A stretch of DNA of 63,990 nt, filler included, from Choristocarpus tenellus KU-1152 (GCA_964200185.2; 10 parts of 10 records of this genome joined end to end with filler, not necessarily neighbours in it); one strand, 5' to 3'; positions 24,833 through 39,168 are shown, counted from the first letter of the whole stretch. Made by a program: numbers and translations. Notes: generated by a model not told the origin, from the letters alone.

Positions 24833-25916
24833 AGGGAACTTCCACTCAACTTTGCTGTTGCTGTGCCCCCCGTGCACCTTCAAACAACACAAAACAAAAG
24901 TCGACTGGTGGGAAGATCATCGATCACAACAAAACAATTAAGACTTGCCGTACATCATGGTTTCATGCTCGAGCAGCAACCATGCCCCACCCCAACAAAA
25001 ATATTCAAGTACCAGAAGATATTAAAACTAGTAGCACCCCCTCAAGCCTGCAATAGTGCAGCATTGGCATGTATGTGCATGGAAGAAGATAACAGCAAAC
25101 ATCTCCCCTCATTTACTGCAGCAGCTGTAGACAACAGACTATGTTCATTTGACAACGATGAAATGTACTACTACTACTACTACTACTACTGGCCACCGTG
25201 CTACTACTGGAAGATTCTAATCTCGGCTGTTGTGATTCGTAACTGTAGTGACACTAAAGGAGATGAACAAACCGGTCAGTTCCATCCAATGCTTTGAAAG
25301 ATATCTTCCAGGGTAGCACAATACCTATTTTGGGACCAGGCTCTTTCAAAAACTACCTTACATACTAAATGCAAAAAAGAAGGCAAGCTTAGTTTGCTTA
25401 GAATCCCAGGAATGTATGCGTTCCCCCTCCCCCTATTCCATCTCACCAAGAGTAAGCCTCTAGACTCCTGTGACCTAGACCCTCATGGGAGCGTTCAGAC
25501 ATAACATTCCAGGTATAGAATCCAATACAACCCTTCAAAACCCAATATCTGTAACACCACTAACGGTGGTTTGACTCAGAGAGTCACTACAAAAAAACTG
25601 GTAGTATTGGATAGGTTCTAAAGCTTGAACAAATGAAAAGACCCCATCCTACCATTGGATATATATATATATATGAGTCCGTCCCTTGTCCAAATAACTA
25701 CTTGCATAGCCTTCATAGACTCATGGGTTAATAAAGCTGATCCCACAAAGGAACACCCAAACAAATCTTCTACCTCTAAGTACCAACATCAGCCACACAG
25801 CATATTCACTCATGAAATTAAGTGAGAGGCTAGGTAAGATGTCCAAAAAACCCAGGTGTTTCTTTCGTACACTGGATCACAACAAGATCAACGACATCTG
25901 TCAAGTTTCTTCCCAT

Positions 25917-28900
25917 TCAGCCGGCCTTCTGGAAGGCGTTGATGTAGTGCTTCCTCACAGGGTGCTCATCCTGTGGACGATTGAGGGGCGTCCAAATCGG
26001 CTCCCCTACGAACAAGCGCATCGCCTTCAAAAAAGTAATAGAAAACAGGTGGGGATGGAGCATCGGGCAATGTAAGAGGTGGACAATGTGAACAAACATG
26101 AGTCCCACACATAGTGGAGCGCTGAGGCTCTCAACTTTAGGGGGCATAAAATGAAAAGACATGATAATTTACCAAATATGATCTTTAGAATCATTCATGA
26201 ATTCGTTGGGGTTTTTTTTACCAAGATTAAGCCTGGAGTCTGGTGAAAAGTAGACACCGTGCACCCTCCACCAAACAAAAACAACATACTTTCGCAGATT
26301 TTTTCTGGACCAATTTTTACCCCTCTTGAACAACAGTCCACTTGTCGAACACGTCTAAAAACAGGAAACTTACGTTCTTCCGGGAATATCCTACCTCAGA
26401 ATGCGATGTTCTTACAGCAAGATTGTGTATGACCACATTCGAACCAATCAGGAAAGTAAATACAGATATAAAAAAATCGGCAGCGCACCCAATATTGAGG
26501 ATAAAAATAGGAAATTCCTGCCAACCAGATATCGGGGGGATCAGCAGATCAGTATGACATTGTAACGTATACCAATAATATATACACATACTCAATAATT
26601 CATTCCTTTCTCTGCATATAATTTTCTTATCTGTGTGGACTTGGCCGATGGATCTGCCTTTTCTGTGGCACATAAGTCCTATCTCCTTTTGCTATTTCTT
26701 GTGCTGCCTTTCTCATCACGGGGGGCTAAGTATACTACATATTGCTTCCTTCTCCTTGACAATATCTGCCCCTTGCTCTTCCTTTCCTTTGAACATCAAT
26801 GCTACATACTTCAAACGGGTGTGCGATAATCTATCAATCAACCGTCATTGGTTTCTTTCACAGTCAGTCATACCATTCCACCAACTCTTACCACTTCTAT
26901 AATCGCTTCCCTGACAGCAGTAGCGGATCTTCACCTCTCGAAAATTTGAGCCTTTCAATTGGTGCACCTCAAAATTTGAGACTACACTCTCAATTGGGCC
27001 CTCAAAGGCACATACCATCAACCATTGTATCCTAAGGATAGGCAAGGAAGAGCATGTATCTGTGCTGTGGCAAAGCCAAATGGTTTGCAGTTCAAAGAGG
27101 CCTGAGGTGAGGGGTCTTGCTAGAGGCCACGAAAATGCTTGGGGCAACATACAATTCAACATCTCTTTTCCATCATAAAATGGGTCACAGTACAGCATAA
27201 TTGGGAGGGCATATTTGAACACATTGCTACTACTCCATGGGAAATGTTTTCCTTACATTAATCAGTTTGAATGCAAGGGTTTGCTGTTCATGATAGTAGA
27301 ACGTCAATCAACAACAGCCTTGCCACCCGCAGCCATTACTTAAATTACTGAAAAACAATAACAGTAAGGATCAAACAGATAGATATCACCCACGTTTGTA
27401 CACAACTCAATGAAAAGTCGTCCATCAATGGCGTTGCCAGGCTGTCCAGGGGTTGAAATTCAAATCCTTGACAGTACAAATCTTGAGACATTTTTAGCTC
27501 CCAACTTTTCAAATGCCGTCATGTTGCACTACAAAAATAGCTAAACATGTATCAACCATTCTCCACACCTTGAGTGTTTAAGCCCCAACCGAACAGCTCA
27601 GAAAAGGCCATAGACAAAAAATAAAAATAAATTACCCTGCCAAACAGAGTTACAGCTTTACTTTACTCACACCCTGTATCAACACGAATTTCCCACTTGC
27701 TTGAGGCAGGGAAAATGACAGAATTCCTTTTTTCAAATCATACTTTGAGCCCATGCTGGGCAAAGGGTTTCCGACACCATCAAAGGGCGTTGCCTGTATC
27801 CTGCATCTTACACACTCACCTATTTAAGTAAGAGACCAACACTTTACCCCTCTCCTTTCTCACCTTGATATAATTCTTGTCATCTAGAGTAAAGCGATGG
27901 TATATTCCAGCGGGCAGGGTGATCATGTCTCCCTTTCCCATGCTAATTCGAATCCACCTGGAACAAGTTTGGAGTGGGATGTCCTACTCTAGCGTGAGTC
28001 ACACTGCAGGCACTCTCTCAGTAGGAACATTGAGTACATTTTCCCTAATAACCATACATGGAAAAAAAAAATAGGTACCTTTGCATTCAATTAACTCACG
28101 GTGGTACACTGTACCTTTAGATGTCTCATCTCTTTGGTCTGTTGATTAACATCACTTGCAAGAGTTGAGAAGGGCCGTGAGACGCTCATTGGAAGCAACA
28201 CCTTCAAAAAGGACAGTAGTCCCTTCTTACAGCGATTATCATCTGCATTACAGTGGCATCCATTCCAGCTGATAAAAAAGACGCCTAAACGATTCTAGAG
28301 AGACCTTTAATTCTTTCTCAACTACACAACAACATACTAGTACATAAAATATGCATTCCCCTAGAGTTTTCTCAAATAGAGAGGTGGGGAGCAGGTAAGC
28401 AAAAAAGGACATTTGTCTATCATCCTCCCCACAGGAAACTCTGTAGGACCTACCGAGCAGGCAGATCTACACTTAGTAAATCCCCACACACAAACACATT
28501 GTTCTACCTACCTGCCTGTACAACTTACTCAAAGCATTTAATCACGATGTTATATCTTGGTGAACCCTGAACTACTCTTACTGAATGTTCAACACATCAC
28601 AGCCACACTGCATCCATAGTGCATACTTGGAGCCAGGAACTAATTCACTACTATTCTTTATCCAAATGTCAACACAAGGTACGTTTGTCCATCCTCGAAA
28701 CATCCTGGTACATGACTCTTGATCAAGAGTCCTGTGTGATCAATTACACTGTACAGCTATCTCCATTTACTTGCACCAGAGATAAGAATATACAAAATAC
28801 AACACTATTTAACGGCCTCTTGGAGGATCATGCTCAACAACAATGCAAGGCGCATCTGTTCAAACAAAATAGAGAACAAGAAACAACAGCATGCCTCGTA

Positions 28901-31900
28901 CTGCCACATGATTAATCTATCAAGAGTACCATCACAACACCGACCGCAACAGGACCTCCTAGATTTTCAAAACTCGAGTGCAAGAACACTTGTCATTCCG
29001 AAACTCATGCGGGGGAGGAGGGGGGGTGGGGTGTAGACCACGATGTCACCCTGTCTCACTTATCATGACATTCAGGCTTTTCAACTGGTCGAAGTGTTGC
29101 TTAGTGCCATGTCCACTAGAGCACTACCATTCGAAATATGTATATAACATTGTTAATGATCGTACCAATATCATTTTCATCTCGTCCTGCACTTCTTGCC
29201 ACCCAAAGTCAAACACAGAATGTTTCTTCTCCACTCTCACTCCCTCTAACACCTTATTAAAAGACATAAATTGTTTTTTTTATTAAAGACAAAACCGTAA
29301 TTAAAACATCTTCAAGGTAAAGACAAAACTAGCACCCTGACCGCGCTTTCCCAATTAGGGGCCGTAGCTAAGGAGCACCTGTCTTCCTTGTCCCTCACAT
29401 CGAAGTAGCCGGTCCCCTCCAGAATATAGCGAATTTCCTCGTCACTGTGCATGTGCTCCTCAAAGAAAGACTTGATCTTTGCCTCGTATCCCGAAAGCTT
29501 CTCAGGGCTGACTGTAATGATGTCCTACACAATAGAGGAATGGAGGAGTTAGCAAGCTCTTGTCTGGTGATACGACTATTGCCAAAAGATTTCAATACAA
29601 GGACATATTCATTTGCCACACAATGCAGTGGTACTTGAATGATCGCAGTGGGTGAACTCCTGTTGCAGCAACAGTCAGTAACCGTCTATATATATATTCC
29701 TCCGCCTTCAATGGCAACAGAAGAACACCTGCTCCTCTACAACACCAACATATCCATTATTACTCTGTTAGCAACCTACAGTCACCTACTGGCAAGGAGG
29801 CACCACTACTACTAACACTACAGCACAATTCATCATAGTATTGTAGCAACAACAAAAATAACAATAATAGCATTGAGTAATGAATAGTAACAACTGTACT
29901 GGGTAGGAAATTTGATTTCCAGCATAAATCAGCATGGCATGCATGCTCCCCAGATCAAGGGCTTATGGTGAGGTCTACAGGAAGAACAAATGTAATGGCA
30001 CGGAGGAGAACGCCTACTCAAGATCAGGTTGAAGGAATGGGGGAGGTAATCTTCAGAGTCAACCTTTATGTTTGGGGAGGGCAACAAGAGCAAATTCTTG
30101 TCTTCAACCTTGGGTTATAAGTTGTGGAAACTTTTGCAATGATTCACACTGATACCTTTCTCAAAAAGAATTCCAGTTTCCCACCAGACACTAGGTTTTC
30201 GGCACTCAAGTACCCAATGAAAAACAAAATGTACATGTCCTTCAGAGCACAAGCAGTAAACCTTGAAGTGGTCAAAATGCAGTTGAAGTACCATAGAATG
30301 CCATTGCGCTGAAACTTGTAATTATGTTCATTACATGGGTACCACCAGAGACCTGGAAATATCCAAATATTTCAACAGCCAGTAAACCAAAGGCATAGTC
30401 ACCTCAATGACTCATGTGAGAACCATCAGTCCCTGCATGGTAAGAAACCCCCCATGACTAAGATCCCACACCAACTAGGGCAAGCCTGAGATGTCAACCA
30501 AAACGCACAATCAAATCCATCTGATATCACATACTCTCAAAATAAAAATCTGATATCACATACTCTCAAAATAAAAATAATCAACTGAAAGGAATGCGGT
30601 CTAAGAGCAAAAGTCCTTTTACAAGTCACACAACAGGTACTGTATTCAAAAACATTTATTGTTAGTAAGCACCTTCTATGAGTTGGCAGTATCTCTGGAG
30701 CCATTCTCTAGTACTGGAGGTGCCAACCAACATCAACAATGAGCAATTTCCATCAACCATAACCTTTGATAGAGTGCTCCACCCAGAACCACTTCCCACT
30801 GATATACAGTAATTCCACTAATATAGAGTTATTTGAATTCAACCAATAGAACATTATGATGCATGACAGTCAGATGCGATCTCTAAGGAAAGAGTATTTA
30901 CTCTCTAGACTTCTAACCCTAACCCTAACCCTTATGGTTCTGTTCATGTCAACAGTTTCTTCAATAAATCATTTCTACTGAGGAGTATTCGTGGAAAGTA
31001 GTTATGACACAAGATCATTATTCAATCGCCTAATAAACAATCTACAACGTGCAACATGGGGCTATTACCAATCAACTAAGATAAGACATTTCTGGGCCAC
31101 AACAAAACTGCATTAATACTATTGAAGGGGGCAAACATGGAAGCCATGAGCCATGAAGCTTGTTTGCAAAATCTAAGAGATCGTATCGCATGCATTAAAT
31201 CGCTCAAGAACAATTAGAACGACAAAGAGGGCGAAACCAACGAGGTCCAACAGACAGACGGCGTCACAGGTATATGACGGGTTACTTGTTGGACCTACAA
31301 GGCTTGGTCTGCACATTGTGTGACTTGGGTAAAGCCTGTGGATCTATTACCTGTGGGTCAAGGTATGCATAGGCTAGAGTGCCTTAGGATACCCCCGCCA
31401 TCTTGTATCCCCTTCCCCCAGTCAGACTTCCTCGCCCACCCAAACTCCACCGGTCCTACCAACACCTCAACCTTGGTTCTCCACCCCTCACACCATACGG
31501 GGAGAGTGTCCGAACTGAGGGTAGCACTTCGGTGGTTGCGATGACATTACGCAGAGGTATACCCTATTAGTCACAGCGTTAGATGATTTCATGCCAACTG
31601 TTACCATGTAGAAACGAACATGACCAAGCACCTTTCCTGAATATCGTGTGTTTCGGAAGGGAGAGAACTTGCATGGAGTACGCGATTGTCGTAGCGATTG
31701 TATAAACCTAGTTACCATTGCACCTGGTAGCTGTAGCCACGCTCCTGTCTGATCTTTTCCAACTCCGGGTCACTCTCAAACTTGTCAGCATCAAGATTCC
31801 AATGCAGCACCCCTTGTCCGCAGGCAGGAGGAAACAACAGATTCGAGAATCCTGTAAGATTGTCCACACACTCGTGATTTGACTCCTACGGGTCTAAGTA

Positions 31901-32101
31901 TGAGGAGTAAGTGAAGCCGAGTACAAGTTGCTATACATATTACTTTCTGAAGGCCATGCAATGTAGTACCGCACTACAACCATCGAACTCACCAATAGAC
32001 GCCAGTGCATCGAAACTGCATTCCACATTCGGCTCTTGTCTGTGAGGAAGCCGCTGGTCTATAGTCGTGTCGTCGTCCATATACCAGGCTTCGATCGTCA
32101 T
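25917..32101 (-). CDS. ADI1: Acireductone dioxygenase (methionine salvage, cupin fold), 181 aa, 5 exons
   Basis: Exons 32101-31993, 31812-31724, 29524-29379, 27957-27864 and 26024-25917, all GT-AG with phases 1,0,2,0; total 546 nt. Protein reads [75 protein letters not shown]. Confidence 0.96.
30519..30576. repeat. 29-bp tandem duplication in an ADI1 intron
   Basis: atctgatatcacatactctcaaaataaaa occurs twice. Confidence 0.9.
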
Positions 32102-32638
32102 TCTTCCTACCTTGTTCTTGACAGCACCCTCTCCACCTTGTTGTTGAGAGAGTAAATCTCTTTAGACCTAATGAAGTGGGAGAAACTGGCTTGTTCGGGG
32201 CATTTTCCATCTTCCAGAATTTGGAGGGTATAGAAATCGCAAATTTAGAGGCGATGGTGACTACGTTAAAACATACGTTACTAATCGTTTGTGTTATTGG
32301 TACAATAAATAATTACGTTTCTTACTGAATAGCCTTTTCCTTGACACATCCATCAAACATGGAAGAAGCATAGTAAGTGCCATATGAATTGTTCAAAATA
32401 TTGATTCAAGTTTGTGTGAAAGTGTCAAAGGTGCCAAGTTCTTTTTTGCTCAAGGGGGCAATCACAATCACNNNNNNNNNNNNNNNNNNNNNNNNNNNNN
32501 NNNNNNNNNNNNNNNTTAATTAATTAANNNNNNNNNNNNNNNNNNNNNNNNNNNNNNNNNNNNNNNNNNNNTGTGTCGGGTGGTTTTTTTGTTTGCGTTT
32601 GGGTCGAGGGGGGGGGGGGGGGGGGGGGGGGGGGGAAG

Positions 32639-32889
32639 GCATTTCTGCCGAGTTGAGACCAAAGTTAAGTTCCCGTTGGTCATCATCTCAACCTTGGCCT
32701 CTGTTGGCTCCGAAATTAAGGTGTATAACCTTTGCCACCACTAGCATAGGCATGGGTGATTGAGGGGGGAGGGGAGAAGTAGTAATCTAAATTCTTGCCC
32801 CGTTTGCTGCTTTGAAAAAGCGGGAGATGATACTCCAAGGGCACGGCGAGAAATTGGCAAGTGTCAAAGACGCTTGGTTTGCACTATGA
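32639..32889 (+). CDS. Possible last two exons of an unidentified gene
   Basis: About 32639-32720 (..VETKVKFPLVIISTLASVGSEIK|GT) splices in phase to 32821-32889 (AG|REMILQGHGEKLASVKDAWFAL*). No family recognised. Confidence 0.3.
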
Positions 32890-34625
32890 GACGTTAGCAA
32901 CCCCCCAATGTAGCCAATCGTGCAGCTTGCATCCTGTGTTCTTCGTCACGACCTATTGCGCTTGTCTGAGGCAAGCAAGGCTAACAAGATGGAGAGTGAG
33001 ACGGTAATAAGTACTTCCCACCGTGACACTGAATCAAGATCCTCAGGTTTCACCCTATATCTGGCCTTGATCGTACAGGGGGGCTTATCACGACAGGTTA
33101 ATATGATTACTAGTGTAGAACAGGGGGGAGGGGGGACTACTGGTTCTTCCACTTGAAAACAAGTACTTACATGTAATACTTTGAACTATTCAATACTAAT
33201 TTGTGAACAGTGTATGTTCAATGTCACCGGTGTTGTAACTGTCTTTATATTCCTTAGTGCTTTAGTTTATGCGCTACTCTTCTTTGGTGCACTGGATCAA
33301 AAGCACATAGAGCTTTGTACTAGAGAGATTTGTCTGTTGACGTTGTTGTAGTGGAACGGAAGGAAGCTGCTGTTTGTTTGGTCTCAGCAAGCAAACAGGC
33401 AAAAGGAATGAGTTGTTTTCGGTTGATATTGCCTGGATTGGGTCTTACTCTGTATACATGGACAGGAAGTGTGAGATGTATGTGTATTGGTGTTGGAGAC
33501 CCAATCCTGATTTTCTTCATTCCCTTGAATACTTTTTGTGATACATTTGCAGCAGAGACTTTTTGTTGCTAACATTTAATGTACACAACTGTATAGATGA
33601 TGGTATACATTGGAGTAAATATCAAGATTTGCCCATAAAAATTTTCTTGCCACAGCTAAAGTGTAACCTCATCCCTAATTCTCGTTGATAGTTGTGGAGC
33701 TTTACTGGTACAACAGTGCAACACAGACACCATTACAGCTACCAGTTACATGTGTGTTTATATGCTTCACCACATAGTATGGCATTATGTGGTGAAGCAT
33801 CTTTGAGTATTAGTGTAACGCAAGTATGTTCTTGTCTGTTCAAGTATGATCCCTAGGGTACTCGTAGGGGTGAGGACCTTGCACGAACTCTTCACGACGA
33901 ACCTGTTGCTGGTGGCCACACCCGCTCTGATTTGTCCTAGGATATCGTTTTTGGTAGTGTATAGATCTTCAATGTTATTCTGAATGGCGATAACACCAAA
34001 ATAAAAGTGTATTTTTCATATTGTTGTAACATAGAGGTTCATTTACTGTCTGAACTAGTATATTTTATTGTATCATATTTTATGTTTATTCGACCTAGCT
34101 AGTTCTGTGTGATGGTGGGGTGATGAGAACCACCAAAAACGAGCTTCAGAAAGTAAGAGATGGAACTGACATATTATGCTGAGTACCATGTTGGTCAATC
34201 CCACGATGATTGGTTGCTATGACCCTGAACAGAAAAATACCAGGTTCTTCTGCTGGTTCACCCTTCTTCATACAATACCAGGGTTAGCGCGAGCTGGTCA
34301 TGTGATGTCTAACCACACCACTTGACATTGACTGGTGTGAATGGTATAAGGTGGAGTGCACAAATATATGTTAGTCGTCACATTATCCACATGATCAGTA
34401 ATAATGTGTCGAAAATGTGGAGATGGGGACAAGTCGCTGATATATTTTTTGGTTCTAACAATAATAGTAGGGGTCGTTGAGTTTAGAACTTTTTTATTCA
34501 GTGAGGAATGTGTGTGTTGGTTGGTTATTGCCCCAGAGACTGCTCTGTAGCTGTTCACCATCGTGTTGAAGCTTTGTCATATACTTCAATGTACTTAACA
34601 TCAATCTAATTGACCTAACACAGAG

Positions 34626-36050
34626 ATGTCTTCTCGAACATCGTTCCTTGCTCTCGCCGTCGTCGTTACATCGATCCTGGTACTGGTACATCCCCTAGTC
34701 ATACCACCATTATTTATCCCAGCATCTGCGCAATCACGGACGATAAAGTGGAGAGTATTGTATCGTTGCCCAACTCAAGCCTTTCGTCAGAGGACGTCGG
34801 CAAGGTGTGCTCCAGACGACGTAACGGATGAGGTAACTAGTGCGTTGGCCCAGGCCAAGCGATTAAGGGAGGAAGCCGAGGCGTTAGAGAAGGAGATCGC
34901 TTCAACAAGTGAGACTTTGTGCACCTTTGGGTGTGTTGTTCCTTCGTGTGAATTGTTGCATTCCCTCACTCCAACACGGAGAGATAGAATATCTACATTT
35001 CCTGCGGACATCATGCAAAGTCTATGCTGTGGCATCTCATCACATGTCGTACTGATCAGCTTGCGTCGTCCAGTTTGGGTCGAGATGACCGAATACCAGT
35101 TGTTAAACCTAGTACCCTTCCTCTGAACTTGACACTCGCTTGTTTGCGTTATGTATATTAGCTATATCATGTTCTCGCATTTTTCCATTATGTGCACTAT
35201 AAGGGAAGTCCCGTGAGGAATCCAGTGAACCAAGGAAAACGCCCACACGAAATGCCGAGGTGGTCAGGTCGCAAGGGCGAAATGATGAGGCTCAGTCATG
35301 GGGTGACACTTTAGACTCCAGTCGATGCCGCATCTTTATGGACATTGGGAGGGAAAAGGGTACATGGATGCCGCAGACATGGGGTTTAAGTGGCAGGTAT
35401 CATTTGACTTTCCATCTCCATTGTTATTGCAAGCGACTCGGAGCATATTTTTTTAAGTTTGACCATTTAGCATTACCGGCTCAAGAATGTCGATCTCTGC
35501 AAGTGATGCATCCCACGTTTCGAAACCATGATGAAAATCTGGAACAAGTCAGTTAGGTTCTCACCAACCCCTTGTTCAGCCCAAGATGTGGGTTGCCTCT
35601 AATTATCCCCAGATTTCCTGCTGTACTCTCAACATTTGCCAGAAGCCCCACCCCCACTTGACCTTGCTTGCTCCACCTATACCGTATTACTCACTCATAG
35701 ACATACTAAGTTGCACTCATCCTCGCACATGTACATGGCCACAGGAGGATATACGTGGACCTGATTGTTGACTTCTTACCTGACGGGGTGACTCTGCCTA
35801 GGGTATTGAGCCCATTTATCGACATTTCTGTGTCTCCTGGTCGCTGGCAGCTTGAAGCAGCAGTCGGCAAAGCCTCTAAGGGAAGCAGTCTTAGGATTGC
35901 CTCCGATACATGTCGATTCTGGGTGGAGGTGCGAGGTCAAGGGTTCACACAGGGCGATGTTTCTATCCCAGCAGGAAAAATCTACTTTGCAGTCCCAGCT
36001 TGGGGTGGTAGACTCTCAAAGAAGGGGATTATTACTGTTCGTCAGAAAAG
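34626..36050 (+). CDS. Putative plastid-targeted conserved protein of unknown function; 3' exon(s) missing
   Basis: Exons 34626-34908, 35204-35396 and 35745-36050 are GT-AG with phases 1,2. Signal peptide plus Arg/Ser-rich transit-like segment, a short coiled coil LAQAKRLREEAEALEKE, and motifs DIGREKGTWMPxxWGLSGRR and GDVSIPAGKIYF. Confidence 0.8.
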
Positions 36051-37336
36051 GTGAGAAGCGTACTGAGTGTAAAGGTCGGCACAACTGGATTGGACCTTTT
36101 TTGGTGGCGCAAACCTACCCTTGAGAATTGCGTTGCACTTCAAAAAAGTTGTTTTGTTGGAGTGGAGTGATATATTGGTGTGATCTACTTAGACGCATCG
36201 AAAGAGGTATTGGAAAAGTAGCTGCAAAAGGAGAGGATAAAAAGGAAATGGCAAAGAACCTCAAATGCAGTAAGAAAACTTCAAGAAAGCGTGCTTATCA
36301 GGTTCAGCAGACACCAGTACTAGTGCTCAGATCCAATGCCCTCAGAAGATCCAGAGTTGAATTGGCACTTCTGCTCATTTCTAGTACAGGTCAAAACCCA
36401 ACGGAGAAGAAATAAAATTTCAGAAAAGCACATGGATAGACTATGATGAAGTACTAGCACTGATACCGTGAAGCTGGAACCTTGGCAATTCCCCTGCCAT
36501 CCCAGTTAGTTATCCCCAAAGTTCTTGACTCCTACCACCATGCAGTGGTTGTACGTTTCATGAAAGTTCTTTTTTAAGCATTCAACTAGACCAGTAGTGA
36601 AGTGGATGGCATCCTCTTCACACACTCATTTGTCACTGCTTCAGTAGTTCGTTGTAACATTGAGGCTGAAAATCGCGACTTTGAGAGGATAGAGCGTGAG
36701 GTGACAAGTGGCCAGCAATGGGTGGTTTCCAAGAGGAATGTGCTTACACGATGTGCTTACTTGAAGTTGCGAATTGGCCAGTTTCACCCCCTCTGTATTT
36801 TGACCAATTGCGCTAACTGCATCCGAAGTGCTATCACGTGTCTGGAGATGACACCCTTCTGCATCGGGACACCCAAGGTACCCATTGAACAGACGGGCGT
36901 ATGCGTGGCGAAGTACATCGACCATGCAGGACAATTACAACAACCACAACAACCGCTTTTATGTGTGTAGTGCTTGCAGTGGATTGCCATTAATACACCA
37001 TGAGATCAAACTTTGCTGAAATATAAGTTTGTATTAATTGGAAGGGGTTCATTAACTGTGACAGAGACCCCGCCCCCATTGGTTGTCCCCTACAAACTGA
37101 AGCACCATTTCAACTGAATATGTTTTCAAAAGATATATCTAGTCTCCAACAGCCTCTACTGTTGCCCTTGCTACCTCAGCTACCTTTTTTTATCTGAACA
37201 ACCAGCGCACACACCACTCTGACCTAGACCTCCCCCNNNNNNNNNNNNNNNNNNNNNNNNNNNNNNNNNNNNNNNNNNNNTTAATTAATTAANNNNNNNN
37301 NNNNNNNNNNNNNNNNNNNNNNNNNNNNNNNNNNNN

Positions 37337-37402
37337 AAAATCGCAACATTGGATTTTGGACCCCAAATGGACGCGGCTCTACCCTCTAAGATACTTTGGC
37401 TC
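37337..37402 (+). mobile_element. MITE family A, 3' end only (cut by the contig start)
   Basis: Ends in taccctctaagatactttggctc. Confidence 0.88.
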
Positions 37403-38034
37403 TGACGATATCTAAAAATGCCTTGATGAAACTGGTAAAATATGTGTTGGAAAACTCAAGGCCACGAATGCCAAAATCTAGGGGAGGATAAGATGTCAGG
37501 CGGACCCCTAAGGTGGAGAATCAAACATCGGAAGGGGGTTGTGGGTACAACTGTGAACGGTGTGGCCGTCAGAAGGGAGGTTGCAGCAAGTCGACAAAAT
37601 AGTTATTATTTTTTTAGATTGGGATTTTGGTTAAGAACTGGAAGGATGATCAGGAAGGAGATTCAGAAGAGAGGGGAAATGATTGTTCTGATGAGGTTGG
37701 CGTGGATGAGGAGAGTAAACGTGAGGAATGTGGCAGTGAAGGAGCTGGGTTGGCTCTCGAGGGGTAGATGATGAGGAGGCCGTACGAGTAAACCTGTTTT
37801 CGTCACAGGGAAGACGAAAAGTGCCCTCCATGCCTGTAGAAGTGTATTGGGGTGGTGGACACGGACATGAAAGCCACTGACAGATGGGGTGTGTTGTTGT
37901 TGTGGAAGTAGCGGGCAAATTGAGCGGAATGGCATAATAAAGTTGACTCCTTAAACTTTCCCTTCGCCAAGGGTGAGATTGACGGAATGGTATCCACAAG
38001 GACTCGCATACAATGCAGTAGGCAGGCACAGGAT

Positions 38035-38293
38035 AGGCCGAACCAATTGAGAGGTAGGCAGGGTTGAATTTACAGGATCCTGAGGATGGGCAAAAATATG
38101 CCATTTTGTAAATCGGAGAAAGAATATTTGCCTAATTGTGGTGTCATTTTGTGTGTGGAGAGGGGGGATATCGATTTTGAATACACTATTGTACTGTACA
38201 TAGAGCAATGCCACAGAGTGTATTGCACAGGGTATAAGACTCCTTAGAGTGCAGAAGGATCAAAACCTGCCCATCTTTCAATTGGTTTGACTC
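38035..38293 (-). mobile_element. MITE family C
   Basis: aggccgaaccaattgagaggtagg...tcaattggtttgactc with a GAT/GAT TSD. Confidence 0.82.
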
Positions 38294-39098
38294 GATGTCT
38301 TTTGTGATATATTTGAGAGTCTGCGAAAAGGGTATATGTTTGCTATGCTTGAGCATTCATTTTTTGTGCCTCAGCATGGTCTGCTCGTAGTAGTATTATT
38401 TGTTGTAGTGTTCTTAGCTACTGGAAATTATGGCAACAACAGCGACAACAGTGAGAATAATGTTGAGATTCAATATTATATGGACACAACCAATTACTAA
38501 TAATACAATAATTTTTCCACAACTGCCAATAGAATGAGCATGGTGATGATAATAACATACTTTGAAGTACAATTTGCAGTATGGATATATACCAGATTTT
38601 GGAAAAAGTGTTAATTAAATGGTTGTGTTTTATTGCGACTAGTAGTGAGTCAATTTAAGCGAGAGGTACCAGAGTTGCATTTTAAGGATGTCCGCAAACA
38701 TGTGCAAAATTCTACTTAAAAAAAAAAATTGTGCAGGATATTTTCCGAATTATGTTGAAGTGTTTCAAATAATAGAGAAATAGACCCTCTCAAGTCAAAT
38801 TTAGCACTTCATTCATAGAAATACGGGTGACTCGGAAAAGAACAAAAACTGGTTTATAATTCAAAACGCCCAAGAACTGTGTACCTCGCGTTTACTTTGG
38901 TCCAGTAGTAGTATATAGAGGGTATATATTGACAAAGGGAGAAGAAATAGGTTTGAAAATGCTGTTGTGTTAGTATGAAATGACAGGCGATGTACCTAGA
39001 ACCAACAACGACCAACGCTTTTTTCATTGATTTTGCGTACATGTATTGCAGTATACTAGTAATAATGTAGACTTGGTTATACTTATGACATGATACAT

Positions 39099-39168
39099 GC
39101 ATACATACATACATACATACATACATACATACATACATACATACATACATACATACATACATACATAC
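39099..39168. repeat. (CATA)n microsatellite
   Basis: Seen directly in the sequence. Confidence 0.95.

Noticed and set aside
36602-36990. Overlapping 68-122 aa ORFs downstream of the 34626 gene
   Set aside because: No recognisable motif or convincing splice pair. They could not be linked to the upstream gene.
37442-38030. Possible retroelement (Penelope-like) remnant
   Set aside because: The resemblance is vague and no diagnostic RT or GIY-YIG motif could be read.
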